DNA from: Microcoleus sp.
Lineage (GTDB): Bacteria > Cyanobacteriota > Cyanobacteriia > Cyanobacteriales > Microcoleaceae
Length of the DNA stretch: 64,000 nt
Direction of reading: 5' to 3'
Assembly: GCA_042408215.1 (NCBI GenBank)
Contig: JAYFMW010000020.1
Span: forward strand, 32,001-96,000
Shown here: piece after piece, positions 42,101 through 51,305 of the stretch
How positions within the stretch are numbered: position 1 is the stretch's first letter
How the letters are laid out: every line of letters starts with the position of its first letter
The notes under the pieces: generated by a model
Databases searched by the model: none
The model's input: only the letters and a program-made list of their open reading frames with translations
What the model was told of the DNA's origin: nothing
Position numbers and translations under genes: made by a program

Positions 42101-42788
42101 AATAAAGTTCGGATAAATTGGAGAGACGGGTGATAGATTCTGGTACGCTCGTCAGTTGGTTGCCACTTAAATTAAGTTCGGATAAATTGGTGAGACGGGT
42201 GATAGATTCTGGTACGCTCGTCTGTTGGTTGCCACTTAAATTAAGTATGGATAAATTGGTGAGATGGGAGATAGATTCTGGTACGCTCGTCAGTTGGTTG
42301 CGACTTAAATTAAGTATGGATAAATTGGTGAGATGGGAGATAGATTCTGGTACGCTCGTCAGTTGGTTGTTCGTTAAAAAAAGTTTGGATAAATTGGTGA
42401 GATGGGAGATAGATTCTGGTACGCTCGTCAGTTGGTTGTCACTTAAAAAAAGTTCGTATAAATTGGTGAGACGGGAGATAGCTTCTGGTACGCTTGTCAG
42501 TTCGTTGTCACTTAAATCAAGTGTGGATAAATTGGTGAGACGGGTGATAGATTCTGGTACGCTTGTCAGTTGGTTGCTACCTAAATCAAGTGTGGATAAC
42601 TTGGTGAGACGGGTGATAGATTCTGGTACGCTCGTCAGTTGGTTGCCACTTAAATTCAACGTTTCCAACCATTCCAACTCAAACACCTCGGTCGGAATTT
42701 CGGTTAATGAATTATTCATCAAATCTAATGCAGTGAAGCGGTGTTGCTTGACTTGTTGAATTTTTTGGCGAATTTCGTCTGTCATCAT
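39129..42788 (-). CDS. Stand-alone leucine-rich-repeat protein, three capped modules, about 50 x 23-aa repeats
   Basis: LTSVPESITRLTNLSxLxLxxNQ repeats; N-cap LTEIPTEVFELEWL and C-cap NPLEDPPIEIAKQG each occur three times. Confidence 0.95.
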   Translation of the reverse strand: MMTDEIRQKIQQVKQHRFTALDLMNNSLTEIPTEVFELEWLETLNLSGNQLTSVPESITRLTKLSTLDLGSNQLTSVPESITRLTNLSTLDLSDNELTSVPEAISRLTNLYELFLSDNQLTSVPESISHLTNLSKLFLTNNQLTSVPESISHLTNLSILNLSRNQLTSVPESISHLTNLSILNLSGNQQTSVPESITRLTNLSELNLSGNQLTSVPESITRLSNLSELYLYNNQLTSVPESITRLTNLSTLDLGSNQLTSVPESITRLTNLSYLYLMGNQLTSVPESITRLTNLSTLFLGSNQLTSVPESITRLTNLSTLFLGSNQLTSVPESITRLTNLSTLDLSENGLTSVPESITRLTNLSTLFLGSNQLTSVPESITRLTNLSKLDLSNNQLTSVPKSITCLTNLSKLDLSNNQLTSVPKSITRLTNLFKLDLGSNPLEDPPIEIAKQGIKAIRKYFRLIQGVKEQRLTELDLSGNSLTEIPTEVFELEWLEKLNLSNNQLTSVPESITRLSNLSELYLVENQLTSVPESITRLTNLSYLDLTRNQLTSVPESITRLTNLSGLDLTRNQLTSLPESITRLTNLSALSLSDNQLTSLPESITRLSNLSILFLSGNQLTSVPESITRLTNLSYLDLSGNQLTSVPESISHLTNLSELYLVENQLTSVPESITRLTNLSELDLSNNQLTSVPESISRLTNLSELYLSNNKLTSVPESISHLTNLSALSLYDNQLTSVPESITRLTNLSTLDLSWNQLTSVPESISHLTNLSELYLGSNQLTSVPESITRLTNLSKLDLSNNQLTSVPKSITCLTNLSTLDLGSNPLEDPPIEIAKQGINAIRKYFRLIQRVKEQRLTELDLRSNSLTEIPTEVFELEWLEKLNLSFNKLTSVPESITRLTNLSTLDLTNNKLTSVPESITRITNLSYLNLYGNKLTSVPESISRLTNLSTLDLSWNQLTSVPESISHLTNLSALSLYGNKLTSVPESITRLTNLSDLNLDSNQLTSVPESISRLSNLSRLNLSNNKLTSVPESIARLTNLSALDLTNNKLTSVPESITRLTNLSALSLSYNQLTSVPESITRLSNLSYLNLGGNGLTSVPETITRLTNLSTLDLSDNELTSVPESITRLTNLSRLALWNNGLTSVPETISRLTNLSQLALWNNGLTSVPESITRLTNLSALDLTNNPLEDPPIEIAEQGINAIREYFRHKQAREDKSI

Positions 42789-42891
42789 TTTTCTGTCCCC
42801 AAATATCTTTAAATATTACACTAAATGGTAAATATCACCGATCGAGCTAAGATTGATCTTAACCCGCCCATACCCGAACTCAGACCCCTCC

Positions 42892-43692
42892 ATGACACCC
42901 GATGTTTCCCCCGGAGCCACTTCCGCCCCCGCCCCTCAAACAACACCCGAAGTCAGCCTCGATATGCAAGTCCGTCTTAAAACAGAAGATGGACAGCTAC
43001 TGCTGCTACTCCCCTCAGAAACTAACACCAGTGAAACACCAACAGCGGCGGCTTCCACTTGGACTGAACTTTGGCAACAGCTAAAAGTTAGGCTAAATGC
43101 AGGAGAAAGGTTTTGGCAGCCCAATGCCGAAGTACAATTGATGGCGAGCGATCGCCTTTTAGATATTCGTCAACTGCAAGACATCGCCGAAGCCCTATCG
43201 GAAGTCGAACTTCAACTAAAACGAGTCCATACCAACCGCCGTCAAACAGCCGTTGCCGCAGCCACCGTCGGCTATTGTGTAGAACAGCAGCCTCCTGTTT
43301 CAACCCTCACTAAAGCCCCCGCAGCCAAACCGCAATCCCTCGCGGAACCTTTATATTTGCAGATGACAGTGCGATCGGGCGTAGAAATTCGCCATCCGGG
43401 CACCGTCGTACTTTTGGGAGATGTCAATCCTGGCGGCGCAGTCATCGCCGGAGGCGATATCCTGATTTGGGGCCGTTTGCGAGGCGTCGTTCATGCTGGT
43501 GCTGGCGGCAACACCAAAAGCGTGATTATGACCTTGCAGATGGAACCGATGATGATTAGGATTGCTAAATATGTTGCCAGAGGCCCAGAAACCCCGCCCG
43601 CTCAGTTTTTCCCGGAAGTCGCCTACGTGACACCTCAAGGGATTCGGATTGGCAGAGCTTCTGATTTTGACAAAACGCAGTTGATGGGTTAG
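42892..43692 (+). CDS. minC: Septum site-determining protein MinC
   Basis: TVRSGVEIRHPG...GDVNPG...GRLRGVVHAG; upstream of minD. Confidence 0.95.
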   Translation: MTPDVSPGATSAPAPQTTPEVSLDMQVRLKTEDGQLLLLLPSETNTSETPTAAASTWTELWQQLKVRLNAGERFWQPNAEVQLMASDRLLDIRQLQDIAEALSEVELQLKRVHTNRRQTAVAAATVGYCVEQQPPVSTLTKAPAAKPQSLAEPLYLQMTVRSGVEIRHPGTVVLLGDVNPGGAVIAGGDILIWGRLRGVVHAGAGGNTKSVIMTLQMEPMMIRIAKYVARGPETPPAQFFPEVAYVTPQGIRIGRASDFDKTQLMG

Positions 43693-44038
43693 TGATGATT
43701 GGTTAGTTGTTATTGGTTAGTTGTTATTGGTTAGTTGTTATTGGTTAGTTGTTATTTTAGTCCTGGACGCAACTGGCACACGACCATTGACTTGTAGGGT
43801 GCGTCAGACTTTCGTTATAGGACGAGGATCGAGGCTTTGGGATAGTAGAGCACCTTACTAATTGTGACACTTGGCCTTAGTCCTGTATTTGTTAGTTGTT
43901 ATTTTAGTCCTGGACGCATCAAAACCAAAGAAACCGGGTTTTTGCCGTTTTGCGGTCTGTAGCGCGTCTTATCGCCAAAAAACCCGGTTTCTGACCACCC
44001 GTGCGTAAGTCCTATAAAATCTAAATCTAAAATCGCTT

Positions 44039-44845
44039 ATGGCTCGCATTATTGTTGTTACATCAGGGAAAGGCGGAGTTGGCAAAACCACCTCGACAGC
44101 CAATCTCGGCATGGCTTTAGCTAAGCGGGGGCGCAATGTTGCCGTGATTGATGCCGATTTCGGTCTCAGAAACTTAGACTTGCTGCTGGGCTTAGAAAAT
44201 CGCATTGTTTACACTGCACTCGAAGTGCTCGCAGGAGAGTGTCGCTTAGAGCAAGCTTTGGTGAAAGATAAGCGTCAGCCGCGTTTGGTACTGTTGCCGG
44301 CAGCCCAAACTCGGATGAAAGATGCCATTAGCGCTTCGCAAATGAAGCAACTGGTTGAGATGTTGAGCGGTAAGTACGACTATATTTTGATCGACTCTCC
44401 GGCGGGAATTGAACAAGGTTTTCAAAATGCGATCGCCCCGGCTCAAGAAGGTGTGATTGTCACTACTCCAGAAATCGCTGCTGTCAGAGATGCCGATCGA
44501 GTCATCGGCTTGCTGGAAGCCAACAACGTCAAGAAAATCAACCTAATCGTCAACCGGATCAGACCCGCAATGGTACTCGCCAATGATATGATGTCGGTGC
44601 AAGACGTGCGGGAAATTCTCGCCATACCGCTGCTGGGCGTAGTTCCTGATGACGAGCGCGTCATTGTTTCCACCAACCGAGGGGAACCATTAGTATTATC
44701 AGAAACACCTTCTTTGGCTGGAACAGCCTTCGACAATATTGCTCGCCGCTTGGAAGGGGAAAAAGTCGATTTTCTCGATCTAAATCCCCGTCCCGAAACC
44801 TTTTTTAGTCGCCTCCTCAAGTTTCTCAACACTAAAATTATCTGA
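44039..44845 (+). CDS. minD: Septum site-determining ATPase MinD
   Basis: TSGKGGVGKTT, DFGLRNLD, DSPAGIE. Confidence 0.97.
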   Translation: MARIIVVTSGKGGVGKTTSTANLGMALAKRGRNVAVIDADFGLRNLDLLLGLENRIVYTALEVLAGECRLEQALVKDKRQPRLVLLPAAQTRMKDAISASQMKQLVEMLSGKYDYILIDSPAGIEQGFQNAIAPAQEGVIVTTPEIAAVRDADRVIGLLEANNVKKINLIVNRIRPAMVLANDMMSVQDVREILAIPLLGVVPDDERVIVSTNRGEPLVLSETPSLAGTAFDNIARRLEGEKVDFLDLNPRPETFFSRLLKFLNTKII

Positions 44846-45064
44846 TTTGTCTAGCCTGGATTTTCCCAAAGTTATAGCAACCGCCAAGACGGTTAGGATA
44901 TTCTTAATCGCTGAAGCCATTGCTATTATTCCTTTTTTGTACCCTTGTTCCTTGTTCCTTGTTCCTTGTTCCTTGTTCCTTGTTCCTTGTTCCTTGTTCC
45001 TTCTTGCTTCTTCCTTCGGTTATAACTTTTTCTATGCCTAATCCTTGACAAATGAGTACAACCC

Positions 45065-45385
45065 ATGCTATATACACTTTTCGATCGCCTTTTCCCGTCC
45101 ACGTCTGACAACAGCCGCGATGAGGTCAAACGCCGCCTCAAACTGGTTCTCGCCCACGATCGGTCAGAACTCAGCCCAGAAATGGTTGAGTCGATGCGCC
45201 GAGAAATTCTGGAGGTGGTGTCTCGCTATGTGGAAATCGATACCATCGGGTCAGAGTTTTCGCTCTCCAGCGACCAGCGGTCTACAGCACTGATTGCAAA
45301 TCTCCCCATCCGGCGAGTTAGGCTCGATACAGTACCGGCAAATTTACCGGAGTATGTAGTCGAAAGTCTAGCGGATCAGGACTAA
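45065..45385 (+). CDS. minE: Cell division topological specificity factor MinE
   Basis: [17 protein letters not shown]...[10 protein letters not shown]. Confidence 0.95.
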   Translation: MLYTLFDRLFPSTSDNSRDEVKRRLKLVLAHDRSELSPEMVESMRREILEVVSRYVEIDTIGSEFSLSSDQRSTALIANLPIRRVRLDTVPANLPEYVVESLADQD

Positions 45386-46575
45386 TAATTCATCGCTCTT
45401 TCCAGAGGTGATTGTAACTGGAGTTCTAAAGGTCGATCGGGGCGAATTAGCATACCGGGTAAATCATTTTTTACTAATATTTTTTCGCCTATTTCAGCAG
45501 TGGCGCTCGGCCAAAGTACCCAACGACTGCCTTGGGGAAGAGTGCTTAAACTTGCAGACTCTTTGAGATCATATTGAGTCAGCCAAATAATCGGCAGTTT
45601 GGGCGGTTTCTCACTCTTCGACAAAATACTATCTTCCCCTGCATTAACTGCTGCTAAAGTTTCCAAAACTACCCGGTTCCCGGATACGAGTCCACTTCCA
45701 GCAGTCCAAAGTTTGACGTTTAACAGGCGCTTGCTAGCATAGAAGTATAGGGACGCAGCTACTGTCACGGCTCGTTCAAATTCCTTTGGCTGCCATGTCG
45801 CACCGCTGTCGAGAGCAATAATAATTTCTTGACCGCCGGCTGCAACTTCTAACTCCCGCACCCGCAGTTCACCGTAGCGGGCGCTGGTGCGCCAGTGAAT
45901 CAAACGGGTGGGGTCTCCGTGTCGGTAAGGTCTCAGGGTGCGAGTGAGTCCTTCGGTGGCATTTTGCGATCTCCTGCGATCGTACAATTGCGGACTGTCT
46001 TCTTGACCGATGCGATCGATCAAAGGACAAGTGCTCAACGGCAAAACCTGCGGGTAAACCACCGCCACCGCTTTCGCCGGCTGGCTGCGCCGACACCAAA
46101 ACAACCCCAAAGGTGCTCCTGTCTTCAAGTGTACCTCTTGCCAGCGATAGATGCCCCGCTGCTTGACTTCCAGGTAGTATATATCCCTGTAAATACTGGC
46201 GGGCGCGATGACCTCGATCGGGCGGAAAACCTGCTCTCCTAGTACAAATGGCAGAATGTCTCTGATTTGCAACAGGGTTTTAGGTTCGTGGGAGCGATTT
46301 TCGATTTCTAGTTCGATCGTAATTTGGTCGCCGGCACTCACCGGTTCGATCGGGCGACGACGGACTTCTAAGGATTCGAGCGATCGAGCCGGCAAAACCG
46401 CCGCTATTCCCAACAGCGCCAAACTCACTCCGCTGAGAAGGTACAGCCACCCAGCCATTGTATTAGCCGCAGAGCCAAAAAAGAAAACAGTCAGCCCGAC
46501 CAACAGCCCGCCCGCATAAGCAGGAGTTACAGCGCGAGTTTCGAGCCAGTCGGCAATTTTGTGACCGATGTTCAT
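45382..46575 (-). CDS. DUF58 domain protein
   Basis: Two N-terminal TM segments; [25 protein letters not shown]. Confidence 0.88.
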   Translation of the reverse strand: MNIGHKIADWLETRAVTPAYAGGLLVGLTVFFFGSAANTMAGWLYLLSGVSLALLGIAAVLPARSLESLEVRRRPIEPVSAGDQITIELEIENRSHEPKTLLQIRDILPFVLGEQVFRPIEVIAPASIYRDIYYLEVKQRGIYRWQEVHLKTGAPLGLFWCRRSQPAKAVAVVYPQVLPLSTCPLIDRIGQEDSPQLYDRRRSQNATEGLTRTLRPYRHGDPTRLIHWRTSARYGELRVRELEVAAGGQEIIIALDSGATWQPKEFERAVTVAASLYFYASKRLLNVKLWTAGSGLVSGNRVVLETLAAVNAGEDSILSKSEKPPKLPIIWLTQYDLKESASLSTLPQGSRWVLWPSATAEIGEKILVKNDLPGMLIRPDRPLELQLQSPLERAMNY

Positions 46576-46656
46576 AAAAGTTGAAATTGTTAATTGCTGA
46601 ACTATCGCCTAAGAGAGAGAGAGAGACTAATTGCAAATTATTATAATTTAACTTAC

Positions 46657-48030
46657 ACCGCCGGGAAGTCCCCCGCTCTACCTGTACCCAGGTGAGCGGT
46701 GGGATGATAGGCCCGTCAACGTAGGTACGGAGTTGACCAAATCTTTTTTCAGTATTATGTAGTAATATATTCAGACCAGGAGGTGATCTTGAGTGCTACA
46801 TCAAGCTGTACAAGTCCGTCTGTATCCAACTGCATTGCAAGAAGCACTACTAGCCCAAACATTTGGATGTTCGCGTTGGTGGTGGAATTATGCCTTAAAT
46901 AAATCCATTCAGGTTTATCAAGATACGGGTAAAGGGCTGGGACAGGTAGCACTCAACGCCCTACTACCTAAGCTCAAAAAAGCCGAAGATACGCTGTGGT
47001 TAGCTAATTGTTACAGTCAAGTTTTACAAGCTACAACACTTAATTTAACCACTGCTTACAAAAACTTTTTTGAGCAACGTGCAGGTTTCCCTAAGTTTAA
47101 ATCTAAACATGGCAAACAGTCAATTCAATATCCTCAAAACGTCAAAATTGTTGATGGTAATGTCAAACTTCCTGGCAAGATTGGGATAGTCAAAGCCAAA
47201 ATACATAGACTAATTGAGGGGAAAATCAAGACTGTAACTATTAGTAAAACACCATCAGGCAAATATTTGGCATCTATCCTAACAGAAATTGAAGGGGAAA
47301 ATCAAAATGTTTCAGAAGGTAAGATTTACGGTATTGATTTAGGGTTAAAACACTTTGCTGTTGTCACTGATGGCGAAAATGTTTCTAAATACGATCATCC
47401 TAAACACCTTGCTAAACATGAGAAAAATCTCAAACGCAAACAGAAAAAATTAGCGCGTAAACACAAAGGGAGTAAATCCAGAAATAAATATCGTCAAGTT
47501 GTTGCCACATTGTACGAACGAGTTAGTAATTCCCGGCAAGATTTTCTACATAAACTTAGTCATAAGTTGGTCAGCGATAGCCAAGCTGTTATAGTAGAGA
47601 ATCTTAATGTCAAAGGCATGGTTCGTAATCATAAATTGGCGAAGGCAATATCTGATGCAGGATGGGGAACTTTCACAAATTTCTTGGCTTACAAACTAGA
47701 ACGAAAAGGCGCTAAGTTAGTTGAGATTGATAGATGGTTTCCCAGTTCCAAACTCTGTTCTAATTGTTTCTATCAAGTCAGTGAGATGCCATTAGATGTT
47801 CGTGAATGGACTTGTCCTAATTGTGGTACTGATCGTGACCGAGATGGAAACGCAGCTATCAATATTAGAGCAGAGGGGATCAGAATGCTAAAGACGGATG
47901 GTTCAGCCGTTTCTGCTGTAGGAGGGGATGTCAGACCCCATCTTGGGCGAAAGTCTAAGATGGGGCATTCGCCTGTGAGTACAGAAGCCGACACTGTACT
48001 TGGTACTCCAAGTCAGTGTGGGTAGTTCAC
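46657..48030 (+). mobile_element. IS200/IS605 element with tnpB only (IS891/IS1341-like)
   Basis: Preceded by TTAC (46653-46656), left-end hairpin, right end GTAGTTCAC. Confidence 0.75.
46793..48025 (+). CDS. tnpB: RNA-guided endonuclease TnpB, apparently intact
   Basis: RLYPT HTH, GIDLG, IVENL, CSNC/CPNC zinc ribbon, DRDGNAA. Confidence 0.93.
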   Translation: MLHQAVQVRLYPTALQEALLAQTFGCSRWWWNYALNKSIQVYQDTGKGLGQVALNALLPKLKKAEDTLWLANCYSQVLQATTLNLTTAYKNFFEQRAGFPKFKSKHGKQSIQYPQNVKIVDGNVKLPGKIGIVKAKIHRLIEGKIKTVTISKTPSGKYLASILTEIEGENQNVSEGKIYGIDLGLKHFAVVTDGENVSKYDHPKHLAKHEKNLKRKQKKLARKHKGSKSRNKYRQVVATLYERVSNSRQDFLHKLSHKLVSDSQAVIVENLNVKGMVRNHKLAKAISDAGWGTFTNFLAYKLERKGAKLVEIDRWFPSSKLCSNCFYQVSEMPLDVREWTCPNCGTDRDRDGNAAINIRAEGIRMLKTDGSAVSAVGGDVRPHLGRKSKMGHSPVSTEADTVLGTPSQCG

Positions 48031-48108
48031 CACCGAATTAGCTCTTAGCGATTAGATTGGAAATCTGCCATTTTTTAGCAAAAAATCTACATTGACCGGA
48101 GACAAAAA

Positions 48109-49374
48109 ATGAACCCCTTAAATAATCCTACACCCGTTAGACCAGACGCCCAAGCCCGCCGATCGCCACCGCCACCACCGCCCTTGGCTATCACTCCCCC
48201 ACCTCCTGCTCCCGCGCCCTCAGCCCCGCAGCCTCAAGAGACTCCCCTCAGTACGATCGAGCAAATGGTCAGAGATGCCCATAGCGCCGGAGCTTCCGAC
48301 ATTCACATTCGAGTCGGCCTTCTGCCTCGATTTCGGATTCGGGGCGTGATGCAAGTAGCCACCAGTCACCCCAAAGTAACACCAGAAATTTTTGAACATT
48401 ACTTGGCAGAAATTCTCACCCCCGAACAGCGAAAACAATTTGTAAGTAGCAAGGAATTGGATACAGCTATTTTTTACCCAGGCTTTGTGCGGTGTCGGCT
48501 AAACTGTTTTGATTCCCTCAACGGCGGCGCGATCGTATTGCGTTTGATCGGTTTGAACATACCTACTATCGACTCCTTGAGGTTGCCAGAAGTCCTCAAA
48601 AATATCATCCTGCGCTCCCAGGGATTAATATTAGTTACGGGGCCTACTGGTTCAGGAAAATCGACAACAGTGGCTGCGATGATCGACCACCTCAACCAGA
48701 TGGAGCAAAAGCACATAGTTACAATTGAAGACCCGATCGAATTCATTCACCCTTCTAAAAAATGTTTGGTCAGCCAGCGGGAAGTAGGCTTACACACCCA
48801 CGAATTTCAACAAGCTTTGCGGGCTGTTTTGCGGGAAGATCCCGATGTCATTCTGATTGGGGAAATGCGCGATCGTGTCACCATCAATACAGCTTTGCAA
48901 GCAGCTCAAACTGGTCACTTAGTCTTGGGAACTCTCCACACTCGCAGCGCCATTAACGCTATCAACCGGTTGTTGAATATGTACCCCCCTGAGGAACAGC
49001 AGGGGATGCGGATTCAAATCTGCGACTCTTTGGTGGCTGTAGTTGCACAACTTTTGCTACCAACAGTTGACAACCGTCGCGTCGCAGTTCACGACATTTT
49101 AGTTAATACGCCTGCTATGCACGATTACTTGATGAAAGGTGATGAGGACGAAGCTTTCCGGTTGATGGAACATGATACTTACGAAGGAATGCAGCTTATT
49201 AACCAGGCTCTCTATAAAGTTGTGCTTGAGGGGAGAGTTACGATCGAAGAAGCAGCGAAAGCTTCTCCCGACGCCAGCGATTTAGACCGTCGCTTGCGGA
49301 CAGGAGGCTACGATGCTGCGGATGCTCGCGACTTTAAAGGCAGCAAAAAAGAACGCAGCGTTAGTGCTAGGTAG
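48109..49374 (+). CDS. pilT: Type IV pilus retraction ATPase, PilT family, Pro-rich N-terminus
   Basis: ASDIH, GPTGSGKST, TIEDPIE, LREDPDVILIGEMRD, TGHLVLGTLH. Confidence 0.9.
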   Translation: MNPLNNPTPVRPDAQARRSPPPPPPLAITPPPPAPAPSAPQPQETPLSTIEQMVRDAHSAGASDIHIRVGLLPRFRIRGVMQVATSHPKVTPEIFEHYLAEILTPEQRKQFVSSKELDTAIFYPGFVRCRLNCFDSLNGGAIVLRLIGLNIPTIDSLRLPEVLKNIILRSQGLILVTGPTGSGKSTTVAAMIDHLNQMEQKHIVTIEDPIEFIHPSKKCLVSQREVGLHTHEFQQALRAVLREDPDVILIGEMRDRVTINTALQAAQTGHLVLGTLHTRSAINAINRLLNMYPPEEQQGMRIQICDSLVAVVAQLLLPTVDNRRVAVHDILVNTPAMHDYLMKGDEDEAFRLMEHDTYEGMQLINQALYKVVLEGRVTIEEAAKASPDASDLDRRLRTGGYDAADARDFKGSKKERSVSAR

Positions 49375-49687
49375 TAGCGCCAAACTGAAGGGTAGAGAAC
49401 ATCAGCCTCTACCCTTTGCCTTGTATGTTAATTTATGTGTGTTTTTAATTTATTTCGGTCGATCGCCCGCACGGAAAATCCCTTGTTTGATTTTTCGATT
49501 CTCCACCCTGGGGGTGCGACTACATCTGGCTGATTGTTAAGTTTGTTTGGGGTATTGTCCAGGACGTAAATTACCCAGACATTCTGGACTTTTTCCGACC
49601 CAGCTACGAGAACACATTTATAGTTGATTGACAAACCATAATACAAGCGTTAAACTGATATTAGCATTCGTTTTGACAGTTTATAAA

Positions 49688-50807
49688 ATGCTGCTGGGTT
49701 TTAAAACCGAACTTAACCCCAACAATAAACAACGTACTTTGCTGGCTAAATCAGCAGGGGTAGCTAGATATGCTTACAATTGGGGTCTTCAAATTTTAAT
49801 TACCAGCTTAGAACATCATAAAACTCAACCAGAAAACCAAATTAAATTACCAACTGCCATAGATCTGAATAAGCGATTTACGGCTGAGGTAAAATCAGAA
49901 AACCCTTGGACTTATGAAGTGTCGAAAGGATGTCATAATTATGCTACCCGCCATGTTAGAGATGCTTTAAACAATTTCTTTAAACAACCAGAAAAGGGAT
50001 TTCCCAACTTCAAAAAGAAAGGATTTCACGATAGTTTTACTTGTGATGGTTCCACAATAGTCTGTTCTACTTGGGTAAAGATTCCTAATATTGGTAAGGT
50101 CAGAACTTTTGAAAAATTACCAGCTTTGGGAAAAGTTAAAAGTTTCACCATTAGTAAAAAAGCAGATAAGTGGTTTGTAAGTTTCAAGAGAGAAACACCG
50201 TCACAGCCAATGAGAGAACCAATCGAAGTTGTAGGTGTTGATCAGGGAATTAAATCACTAGCAACTTTAAGCAATGGTCAAGTTATCCCCAATATAAAAC
50301 CTCTGAAAGCGGCTCTAGGAAGACTTAGACAATTATCTCGGTCACTTAGTCGCCAGCAAAAAGGAACCGCATCTTATCAGGAAGCAAAGATTAAATTAGG
50401 ACGGTTTCATTCGCACGTTGCGAATATCAGAAAAGACTATCTGCACAAATTAACTACATGGCTGGCCAAAACTTTTGATGCGATCTGTATTGAAGATTTA
50501 AACGTTAAAGGGATGCTGAAAAACCCTAAATGAGCTTCGCGCTATAGCCGATTTAGGTTTGTTTGAATTCCGAAGACAGTTGGAATATAAATGCCAGTTG
50601 TATGGTTCACATTTAGTAATAGTTGACCGCTGGTATCCGTCTTCTAAATCATGTTCTAATTGTGGACATAAACAAGATTTGACTCTTGCTGATAGAGTAT
50701 ATAAGTGTGAAAACTGTGGTCATGTCCAAGATAGAGATGAAAATGCCGCCGTTAATTTAAAACACGAAGGTTTAAGAGTTTTAAAACTTTCCTTGTACAG
50801 CCCGTAG
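49688..50807 (+). pseudogene. tnpB: TnpB pseudogene (IS607-like), stop plus frameshift at about 50531-50537
   Basis: MLLGFKTELN, GVDQG, IEDLNV; KNPK-TGA then RAIADLGLFEFRRQLEYK in another frame; CSNC/CENC, DRDENAA; downstream GAAGCAGGAAG and end ...CAGAGCGG (50934). Confidence 0.85.
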
Positions 50808-51305
50808 CTTACGGGCGATCGGCCTGTGGATGGGATCGGATTACTGACCGTGAGAAGCAGGAAGAAAACACTAAAACTATTTAATCTCCGGTTGGTCGGG
50901 GTTTATTTGGTTTTGGGTAAGTTTTTCAGAGCGGTTACTTTACATTAACTTTAAAAATCCGCGAAAACTCGTAGGTGATTGCAAAGAAATGGTAAAGATA
51001 GGTTTTGACTGTTGGCAACAGCCAGGAACTTGAGTTTATAATTGTAGAGACAAAATTATTACAAAAAAGGTTCCGACTCTACCAATCCCAAAAGTAAGCA
51101 GGTTGAAAAAGCACTTAATAAAACTACAAGTAGGCTGAATACAAGCATTAGTGGAGGAGCCGAGCGCCTGTCTTTCCGATTAAGTCGCTTTCAGTCTAAA
51201 AAATCCTGAAACCCAGCTAACTTTTTAAAGCTCCTATCCCTCTAAAATCTGTTTAACAACCCTGAAAAAGCAACCCGATCGCTATAAAATCAAGGAGAAA
51301 GTAAA

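Noticed and set aside
39178..42759. Plus-strand ORFs VRRVIDSGTLVS…
   Set aside because: Antisense shadows of the LRR repeats.
39129..42788. LRR array as a CRISPR array or DGR target
   Set aside because: Repeats are in-frame 69-bp coding units; no cas genes, reverse transcriptase or template repeat in the window, and variation is not limited to adenines.
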